Assembly: GCF_004010195.1 (NCBI RefSeq)
Contig: NW_025214498.1
Location: forward strand, 1-44,923
Source: Chiloscyllium plagiosum
Lineage: Eukaryota
Direction: 5' to 3'
DNA: 44,923 nucleotides
Numbering within the stretch: the stretch's first letter is position 1; every line of letters starts with the position of its first letter. The notes under the pieces are model-generated. The model ran no database searches and was not told the DNA's origin. It was given only the letters and a program-made list of their open reading frames with translations. Shown here in pieces: positions 36,145 through 44,923 of this stretch. The position numbers were made by a program, and so were the translations under genes.

Positions 36145-36360
36145 AATATATAAATATCCCATTAAGTGTTAGCAACTCTCTGTCACATTTGTTTTTACCT
36201 GAATTCCATTGAAGTTAGTGAAATGACACGTTCCATTTACTTATTTAATATATAAATATCCCATTAAGTGTTAACAACTCTCTGTCAAATGTGTGGGTCA
36301 CATTTGTTTTACCTGAATTCCATTGAAGTTAGTGAAATGACACGTTCCATTTACTTATTT
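36145..36360 (+). repeat. Tandem duplication (~102 and 114 bp) upstream of the GPCR
   Basis: aatatataaatatcccattaagtgtt...gacacgttccatttacttattt occurs twice. Confidence 0.92.
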
Positions 36361-36487
36361 TCTTTTCCTGTCTCTAATTAATTCCCCGGATGCATCAGTT
36401 CACAATAACTCAGGACTGCACTGAAATCCCATTCATTCAGTGAGTGTCTTGTTCCCAAGCTCACAGGATCGTTTCGCCTCACATGCA

Positions 36488-36557
36488 ATGGATTATCCAG
36501 TAATTTATCAGATCGAACGGATTTACTACCCAGTCCTTGTGGTGGTTGCTATGCCAG
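36488..36557 (+). CDS. GPCR coding exon 1 (short N-terminus and start of TM1)
   Basis: ATG at 36488, 70 nt, ends CCAG|gtaatt (phase 1); joins in frame to exon 2 as G+TC = Val. Confidence 0.7.
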
Positions 36558-38009
36558 GTAATTATAATCATACAAAGCAGTTAGATATGCAAATCATTTT
36601 TGCTTCCTTTTGCGGTCCAGCTGCTTGCCTCACATTGTTTCTTGTTTGTTTTAAGTTCCTCGTTGTATTAATTCTTGCTTACCTATTACCATTACCTGTT
36701 TGTCATGGATCAGTACATCTGCTCAACAATGTCTGCTGATTAAGGCGCAAGGCGTAATATGCATCTTCCCTTCATAAGCATTACTGATCTTTTGACTTTG
36801 ATAACGTTTTGACCGAACGGGTGTGTAAAATTGACAATGAATTGGAATACATTTGAATGTACACAGATCGTTCACATTTCTGATGATCCTATTGTTCGAC
36901 TTTATTTCAAAGGAATCTGCCATGCAGTCGGTTATGCTCCATGTATGTTCAACATTTCTTCATATTATTTGTGGAGAGGAGCTGACAAACAACAAGGCTC
37001 CAGTCGCTNNNNNNNNNNNNNNNNNNNNNNNNNNNNNNNNNNNNNNNNNNNNNNNNNNNNNNNNNNNNNNNNNNNNNNNNNNNNNNNNNNNNNNNNNNNN
37101 NNNNNNNNNNNNNNNNNNNNNNNNNNNNNNNNNNNNNNNNNNNNNNNNNNNNNNNNNNNNNNNNNNNNNNNNNNNNNNNNNNNNNNNNNNNNNNNNNNNN
37201 NNNNNNNNNNNNNNNNNNNNNNNNNNNNNNNNNNNNNNNNNNNNNNNNNNNNNNNNNNNNNNNNNNNNNNNNNNNNNNNNNNNNNNNNNNNNNNNNNNNN
37301 NNNNNNNNNNNNNNNNNNNNNNNNNNNNNNNNNNNNNNNNNNNNNNNNNNNNNNNNNNNNNNNNNNNNNNNNNNNNNNNNNNNNNNNNNNNNNNNNNNNN
37401 NNNNNNNNNNNNNNNNNNNNNNNNNNNNNNNNNNNNNNNNNNNNNNNNNNNNNNNNNNNNNNNNNNNNNNNNNNNNNNNNNNNNNNNNNNNNNNNNNNNN
37501 NNNNNNNNNNNNNNNNNNNNNNNNNNNNNNNNNNNNNNNNNNNNNNNNNNNNNNNNNNNNNNNNNNNNNNNNNNNNNNNNNNNNNNNNNNNNNNNNNNNN
37601 NNNNNNNNNNNNNNNNNNNNNNNNNNNNNNNNNNNNNNNNNNNNNNNNNNNNNNNNNNNNNNNNNNNNNNNNNNNNNNNNAATGGAGTTCACCTGGATGG
37701 ACATTTTGGTTGGCATGGACAAGTTTGGGCTAAACGCCCATCTCTGTGCTGTCAGACTCCATATACAAACCATCATCTCCCCTTCCTCGAGTTTATCCGT
37801 ACACACGCCTCATGTTCTTTTTGTAATTGTCATTTCAGTTTGGTTGCACCCATTGTTATGGTGTTGAGTATTGCATCACCACTGGATCAATTCATACATC
37901 AATGAAGTCTAAGTACACAGTTAAATGTATGTGTATAAAATAAAAGAATCCTAATGAAACTGTCGTCAGAAATTTAATTCAATTGTTCAAAACACATATG
38001 TTTATGAAA

Positions 38010-38660
38010 GTGAGTTTTGAGAGATTTGTAGTTCATGTTGATAATAGGCATGTAAGTTAGCTCACTGAGCTGGAAGGCTTATTTTTATTTTGTTGGTTGG
38101 TTTGTGGGCTACCATGGTGCCAAGAGGTCTGAGAAGTCTGGTAGTCATTTCCAACACATTAAAACAGCCGCTAATGAACTTGAAAGGCCCTATACCGACA
38201 ACAAGCAAAACTAATGTCATTTACAAAATACCGTGCAAGGACTGTAACAAACACTACATTAGACAAACAGGCAGAAAATTAGCCACCAGGATACATGAAC
38301 ATCACCTGGCCACAAAATGACATGAACCACTCTCACCAGAATACTTACAAACAGATGAAGAAGGACACCACTTTGAGTGGGACAACACATCCATCCTAGG
38401 TCAAGCCAAATATTTACAAAAGAGTTCCTAGAGCATGGCATTCCAACAGGAACTCTACCGACAAACATATTGAGTCGTATCCCACCGCCTGAGAAGAAGA
38501 ACAGGAAATGACATCAGCAGTCCATGGAAACGTGAACACATCAACAGAAAGCAGGTCATAACACCATCGCTTCACCGGAGGTTCACTGATTATGTTACCC
38601 AGCATGGTGACAAAATGTCTGGAAATGAACCTTCCAGCTCACTGAGCAAACTTACATCCA
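38010..38660 (+). mobile_element. Intronic 5'-truncated Penelope-like element (GIY-YIG + pLTR, inverted 5' piece), 10-bp TSD
   Basis: KTNVIYKIPCKDCNKHYIRQTGRKLATRIHEH; TSD gtttatgaaa at 38000-38009 and 38661-38670; gctcactgagctggaagg inverted to ccttccagctcactgagc. Confidence 0.9.
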
Positions 38661-38703
38661 GTTTATGAAAACATTAACAGATATCACAACCCTGTTTTTA
38701 CAG

Positions 38704-39318
38704 TCAACCTTGTGGCTATTGTGGTCCTATCACGGGGTAAGTGTGGTCTCTCTGAATGTATCTCGTACCACCTGTTGGCCATGGCAGGAGCTGATCTCGC
38801 TGTAATGGTGACTGATGTGCTTCTACACCGCATTAATAATATGCATTTCCCAATTAGTTTCTTGTTTTTAACTCCTGTTTGCTCTCTCAGACATGTTCTG
38901 TACTCTGTGTCTATTAACTGCTGTGTATTGTTTACAGTAGCTTTTACATTTGATAGATGTGCAGCTTATAGAAAAAAATAAAGTGCGCAGAGAACTTTGG
39001 AACAGAGACAGAAATGGCTGTGATCCCGAAATGAAGAACCGGAGAAATTCTATGATTTTATTGTTTGCAATATCAGCCAACTTCGTACTGTTATGGATGA
39101 CAAACCTTGTGCATTCATTGACCTGGCAATTGGTGAATTTTAATTACCAAAACAAACATTTTAGTGCACCAGTTTACATTGTTCAGCAGGTTGGATACAT
39201 GCTACAGATTCTCAGTTCATCAACAAACACATGCATCTGTGGACTAACCCAAAGGAAATTCAGATCAGAGTTAAAACGTGGTATCAAATATCTCTTCACT
39301 AAATGGCAAATGTTTTAG
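38704..39318 (+). CDS. GPCR coding exon 2 (TM1-TM3, then frameshifted TM6-TM7-H8); disrupted
   Basis: cctgtttttacag|TCAACC acceptor; ORFs 38712-38981 and 38950-39318 are two halves of one 7TM protein in different frames. Confidence 0.65.
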
Positions 39319-39719
39319 TTCACAACAGACATCTGCCAAAATGCAATGGATTTAGAATTCAGTTTTTGTTTTTTGATTGAATATTGAAGGGAAACTTCAC
39401 TGGAAAAGAACGAATAAACCCAGGAATCTCTCATTAAACTATCCGAGTTACTGAATCTGTTGATGTTTGGAACCAGACAGACATTTTGAAATCTGTACAA
39501 ATATTTGAGTCACACTGAAACTGGAACTGAAGTTATTGGTAAAAATGTAGAATTTACAAATAACATCCACTTGACAGTGATATTTATCAGCAAAAATTCT
39601 CCTTTCAGCAATGCAGTTTGACAGCTGATTATGACCAGGTACCCAGGGAAACACCTGTCTCGTTTTGCTATTTGCAAAGGGTATGAATTATGGAAAGCAA
39701 TGGCTCAATTTTAAAACCA

Positions 39720-40290
39720 TCAGACATAGCAAAGCAGCAGAAGTTAGGTCATTCCGCCCATCATCTCTGCTCCACCATTCAATCATGGCTGATGTGTTTC
39801 ACAACCCCATTCTCCCACTTTCTACAATCCTGATCCCCTCGGTACTCAGAAAACTATCTATCTCTGCCTTAAATATACTCAATGACCTGGTCTCCACAGC
39901 TTTCTGTGACAATGAGTTCCATAGATTCCCCAGACGCTGACTGACAAGGTTTCTCCTTATCTCTGTTGTGAAAGGTCTTCCCTTTACTCTAAGGTCCTGG
40001 TCTGTCCTCTCAATGGAAACATCTCCCCAACATCCACTCTCTCCAGACCATTCAGAGCAGGGAGGTGCAGTGGAACTTGTACAATACCCTGGTTAGAACC
40101 CTGCTGGAGAATTGGGTACAGTGTGGCCATCACATTATGGGAAGGATGTGAACACATTGGAGAGAGAGTCTCGGAGCAATCTCCAAGAATGGTTCTAGGG
40201 ATGAGGAACGTCAGCGATGAGGATGAAGATTGAAGATGCGCTGAGAGGGGCATCTGACAGAGGTTTGCAAAATCAGGGATGGGGGCTGGA
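39720..40290. mobile_element. Two CR1 fragments (3' end on minus ~39720-40055; C-terminal piece on plus ~40070-40290)
   Basis: ctgctccaccattcaatcatggctgat..tctgccttaaatatactcaatgac tail; LYNTLVR..LEN.VQ.WP on plus. Confidence 0.75.
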
Positions 40291-40625
40291 CAGAGCAGAT
40301 AGGCAGAAGCAGAGAGAGAGAGTCAGGGAGTGGGAGAAGGCGAATAAGAAAAGAGGGAGGGAGTAAGAAGGCAGGAGAGAGTGTGAGAGAGAGAGGGGGA
40401 GAGAAAATTGGAGAACTTGTCGGGCGGAGGGATGTGAGATAGAGAGAGAAAGAGAGAGAGAAAGTTTAAAAAGTGGGAGAGAGTGAGACAGATAGGCAGA
40501 AAGTGGGAGAGAATGGCTGAGAGAGAGAGAAAGAGAGAGAGAATAAGACAAAGAGGGAGGGGAGGAGAGAGAGACAGAGAAAGGGGGAGAGAGAATGAGA
40601 AAGGGCGGAGAGAGAGAGAGAAATG
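40290..40625. repeat. GA-rich low-complexity tract
   Basis: Imperfect (GA)n. Confidence 0.9.
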
Positions 40626-41523
40626 GTGACTGTGAGGACGGAGAAGAGTGGAAGGGCTTTCAGATGGTAATTTGTTGTGAAGTGATAGGTTTGAGCTGCA
40701 GGGAGAGCAGCAAAGACAGATCTGCCTTCAGCTGACACCCAGAGGCTGACAGNNNNNNNNNNNNNNNNNNNNNNNNNNNNNNNNNNNNNNNNNNNNNNNN
40801 NNNNNNNNNNNNNNNNNNNNNNNNNNNNNNNNNNNNNNNNNNNNNNNNNNNNNNNNNNNNNNNNNNNNNNNNNNNNNNNNNNNNNNNNNNNNNNNNNNNN
40901 NNNNNNNNNNNNNNNNNNNNNNNNNNNNNNNNNNNNNNNNNNNNNNNNNNNNNNNNNNNNNNNNNNNNNNNNNNNNNNNNNNNNNNNNNNNNNNNNNNNN
41001 NNNNNNNNNNNNNNNNNNNNNNNNNNNNNNNNNNNNNNNNNNNNNNNNNNNNNNNNNNNNNNNNNNNNNNNNNNNNNNNNNNNNNNNNNNNNNNNNNNNN
41101 NNNNNNNNNNNNNNNNNNNNNNNNNNNNNNNNNNNNNNNNNNNNNNNNNNNNNNNNNNNNNNNNNNNNNNNNNNNNNNNNNNNNNNNNNNNNNNNNNNNN
41201 NNNNNNNNNNNNNNNNNNNNNNNNNNNNNNNNNNNNNNNNNNNNNNNNNNNNNNNNNNNNNNNNNNNNNNNNNNNNNNNNNNNNNNNNNNNNNNNNNNNN
41301 NNNNNNNNNNNNNNNNNNNNNNNNNNNNNNNNNNNNNNNNNNNNNNNNNNNNNNNNNNNNNNNNNNNNNNNNNNNNNNNNNNNNNNNNNNNNNNNNNNNN
41401 NNNNNNNNNNNNNNNNNNNNNNNNNNNNNNNNNNNNNNNNNNNNNNNNNNNNNNNNNNNNNNNNNNNNNNNNNNNNNNNNNNNNNNNNNNNNNNNNNNNN
41501 NNNNNNNNNNNNNNNNNNNNNNN

Positions 41524-42150
41524 TGTCGCTGAGAAAGAAATAGTTGGATGGAGGTGAGAGAGAAGGTGATTGGTCAGAGGGGGCAGTGATGGACAGGTAC
41601 GGAGGGCGGTGCCGAGTTGATGGCTTGGGAGTGGGATAATGCCGGGGGAGGGGAAATGAGGAAACTGTTGAAATCCACATTGATCCCGTGTGGTGGCAGG
41701 GTCCCAAGGCGGAATATGAGGCGTTTCTCCTCCAGGCACCGGGTGGTAACAGTTTGGCGATGGAGGACGCCCAAGGACCTGCATGTCCTTGATGGACTGG
41801 GAGGGAGAGTTGGAATATTCAGCCACGGGGTGGGGGGTGTTGGTGGATACGGGTGTCCCAGAGGTGGCAGGAGAAGGTGTCAGGAGGGGAGGGTTGGTTC
41901 TTGGGGGGCGTGGACCTGACCAGGTACTCACAGAGAGAACGGTCTTTGCGTAAAGTGGAAATGGGTGGAGAGGGAAATATATCCCTGGTGGTCGGGTCCG
42001 TTTTGAGGTGGCGGAAATGTCGGTGGAGAATGCGGTTAATGCGAAGGTTGAAAAGGTGGAAGATGAGGACAGCAAGTTTCTGTCCTTATTACGATTGGAG
42101 GGGTGGGGTTTGAGGGCAGAGGTGTGGGTTATGGATGAGATGCATTGTAG
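41524..42150 (-). mobile_element. PLE fragment (RT linker and GIY-YIG C-terminus)
   Basis: PVAEYSNSPSQSIKDMQVLG..TTRCLEEKRLIFRLGTLPPHGINVDF. Confidence 0.85.
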
Positions 42151-42209
42151 GTCAAAGGGTATCTGTCCAAGACACATTCCCCTTCCCCTATTATTCAGCA
42201 TTACTCCTG

Positions 42210-42465
42210 ATTAATGCACATGACTTACACATCCCTGAACACTATGGACATTTTCCCATGGCCAATTCATCCAACATGCACATCTTTGGACTGTGACAAT
42301 AGACAATAGACAATAGACTGTGGGAAGAAACTGGAGCAACCAGAGGAAACCCACGCAGACACGAGGAGAATATGGAAACGCCAGACAGACAGTAGCCCTC
42401 GGCTGTAGTCGAATCCAAGTTCCTGGCACTGAGAGGCAGCAGTGCTAACCTCTAAGCCACCGTGA
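42210..42465 (-). mobile_element. HE1-type V-SINE with internal (gacaata)3 insertion
   Basis: catggccaattcatccaacatgcacatctttggactgtg..gaggaaacccacgcagacac..ggcagcagtgctaacc. Confidence 0.85.
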
Positions 42466-44779
42466 TCCTATGGTCCTAGTGAGGCAGGGATATGGGAACA
42501 AGAGAACTAGGTTATCAAGTAAATTGGTTGAGTAAAATTCAAGAATTAAATCGAGTAATTCACTAGAAAGAACAAGCAGGAACAATTAATTAGCATGGTA
42601 TTAATGGTTGTCTGAAGTATTCTTATTTTAATGGAAGGAGTAAGACAGCTCAGATAAATGAACAGGCCCTGGGAAAGGTCCTACACTGCAGATACCAAAC
42701 ACCGAATACCCAATTGCACAAGAACTAATTGCCATGGACATTACCCTCACAACTGTGCACTTTCCAGAGCACCAAGGTGGCTTGGAGCAATGGCCTATGC
42801 CAATGAATTTTATTTCCAGTTCATCACAGTTTCGCTTGCATGAGAAATCCCTCCAGGTCTACACAACATTTTTTAACATTTTTCACCGAAAAATACTCTT
42901 ACATGACTATTGTTCAGCTGTCAAATAACAGACAGTATGGTTAGATAAAACTGTATGATGCACTGGAACTTGACGCATCAAGGCCCTCACGTCACTATAA
43001 AACATGCCAAAGTATACACCTTCTTAGCCGAAAAGCTAAGTTTCGAAAGGGAGGGACATTGATCATAAAAAAATGGGGAGAACCCACGGAAATCAGGAAA
43101 GCCTTCTATTATTTTGTGGATGGTCCGATATAGTGGAGTACGAGAACAGGAAAACCTGATGTAGAACAAATATGGAGAAGCAGCGAGCCAAACATATGGT
43201 GGAATTAGCATTAAGGTATGAATCCAGATTTATATCTCCTCTCTCTCCCAACCCCATGACAATTAGTTTAAAAGCTGCCCAACAGCATGATCAAATCTCC
43301 CAGAAAGTACATTAGACAAATGTTCACTGTGGTGTGAATCGTCGGACAGGTACCAGTCCCACCCGAGAATGATCCAAAATCCTAAGATCGACTCCATGCA
43401 CCGTTCACCCACACGGACCAACTGACCTATCCACCTGTTCCTTCATTCTGTTGTGTGGCACTGGATGTAATACAGATGCAGCAGTGGGTGCGGTGAGGGT
43501 GAGGCCGGGGGGGCTGCTGGGAAGGTAAACTCCTTCATTAAAAACTTACCTCATGAATAGGTGAAGTGGACACGGGACTGCTGAGTAAGTGAGGTTACAT
43601 TTCTGGGCAGTTGCCTTACTACATACATAGTGTCTCCCACCTATCCTCCTCCAACCAACCAAACGAAAAAATTCTGTCCGCTGGATTTGTAAGGTTACTA
43701 GTTTTTTTCAATCGTCTCCTTAGGAATTCAGAACAATGGGAATGGATGTTAGGGCAGTTGCTCGATCCTCCTGTAGGGTGTGGCAGGTATGTTTGTATAG
43801 CCCTTATTGTGGCGGTGCACACTCACTGAGCATTCCATCCAGGAGGTGCTCAGTATTGCAGGTGATCTATATTGAGCCCATCTGCAACTCCAGCCACTCC
43901 ATCTAGTTAATCAGGAACTGCCGGTAAACATACTTGCTACATGCATGGACACTTCACTATTGGAAGTGTCCCTGACTTGTCACACAATGCAAAAGGAGCA
44001 TTCAACAGACCCGAATTATCCTCCTTTCATACCGCCGTCATCCTCACTCATGACAAACAATAAATTAGAAACAAACAGTTCACTCCTATCCAGCAGAGCA
44101 AGTCAGTATCTGTATTGCCATCTCGATATCTGAGCATATCTCTGTCGCTCCCTCACACACACTCCCTTCCCTCTCCATATTCTTAACAAACTACAATCCC
44201 CAAAATGAAGAACGATTCACTCTATCTCCCTCCCGATTCTCCTCTCTCAGTCCCTGATAGCAGCACCAAAGCATCCAATCTCCACATCATGTCCCTGTCA
44301 TGAGAAACTGATTGATTGCCCGTGTTGTGAGTTAAACATTTTATAACCGCTAAGTGTAACCTGTCTCCCACAGGTTGTGTTTCAAGTGTTCAATATCCAG
44401 TGAGTGTCTCCACATGAGATTTGAAGTCATTCATTGCATTATGTTTTACCCCTGATCCAGGGTTACAATTCATTTTGTTGCTTGACTAACAAATTATGGA
44501 CAAAAAAAGCTAAGGCAAACCTCTTCATTCGAAAGGAAACCACGTTGGCCCCCCTCCCGTACACACTGGGCCCACTCCTGTCCATGCTGGTCTCACTCAC
44601 TACTGTGAACAGTCTGTTCTGGGCCAACTCACTGCAGTTGATGCGACCACAATGACTGTGCGCATCAACTAGAGGTAAGTGTAAATATATAGAAAAAGAA
44701 AAAAAAAGAAACAGAAGTTAGAGGGAATAAAAAGAAAAGAAATGAAGAGACATTCGAACACAGTGAACGAGCGCTAGGT

Positions 44780-44923
44780 TCAGAATCCCTGGATTCTGGA
44801 TTAGTGGTGCTGAAAGAGCACAGCAGTTCAGGCAGCATCCGAGGAGCAGTAATATCGACGTTTCGGGCATAATCCCTTCATCAGGAATACAGGCAGAGAG
44901 GAGAAAGGGTGGAGAGATAAATG
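44780..44923 (-). mobile_element. PLE family 1 pLTR running off the window edge
   Basis: tctggattagtggtgctgaaagagcacagcagttcaggcag, same family as 30505-30734. Confidence 0.85.
44857..44884 (-). ncRNA. Minimal hammerhead ribozyme (PLE family 1), intact core with 3-bp helix II
   Basis: CTGATGA-A-GGG-ATTATG-CCC-GAAA-CGTC. Confidence 0.62.

Larger units (their letters stand above)
36488..39318 (+). pseudogene. GPR139-like: GPR139/GPR142-like class A GPCR, two coding exons, probable pseudogene (TM4-TM5 deleted, frameshift)
   Basis: Exon 1 MDYPVIYQIERIYYPVLVVVAMP with GT donor; AG acceptor then VNLVAIVVLSRGKCGLS..LLAMAGADL..FTVAFTFDR; second frame DPEMKNRRNSMILLFAISANFVLLW..MLQILSSSTNTCICGLTQRKFR. 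Confidence 0.82.

Noticed and set aside
36440..36739. 99-aa single-exon membrane protein ORF
   Set aside because: Only 36488-36557 is GPCR-like; the rest is read-through into T-rich intron past the GT donor
22699..42201. Long ORFs of 236-513 aa in the track
   Set aside because: Their length comes from N-runs (23017-23686, 32470-33249, 37009-37680, 40753-41523), not coding sequence
43500..43600. Consensus splice donor on the minus strand (GAG|GTAAGT near 43549)
   Set aside because: No recognisable upstream reading frame; such motifs occur by chance
44374..44674. Possible exon bounded by ctgtctcccacag| and agag|gtaagt
   Set aside because: Stop codons in all three frames and no other support; at most a non-coding exon

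Overview
Eukaryotic, repeat-dominated genomic DNA with seven N-gaps. The HE1-type V-SINEs, CR1/HER1-type LINEs and Penelope-like repeats point to a cartilaginous fish (shark). Nearly all ORFs in the track are spurious or decayed transposon frames. The only recognisable host gene is a two-exon class A GPCR of the GPR139/GPR142-like type (36488-39318, +), apparently pseudogenised by loss of TM4-TM5 plus a frameshift. Mobile DNA: an old, internally deleted Gmr1-like Gypsy LTR element (two LTRs, tRNA-Pro-like PBS, SCAN-like gag, terminal RNase H) carrying a young 1.1-kb tandem duplication; many nested CR1 fragments; a second jockey-group LINE family; a retrovirus-like integrase remnant; and at least three families of Penelope-like elements (PLEs). 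The most notable signal is that the PLE terminal repeats carry minimal hammerhead-ribozyme cores (CTGANGA-N-stem-GAAA-palindrome). Some of these sit in ~200-bp fold-back mini-insertions with target-site duplications. There is also a complex inverted plus direct duplication at 7.4-13.5 kb. All family assignments come from reading motifs by eye, not from database searches.
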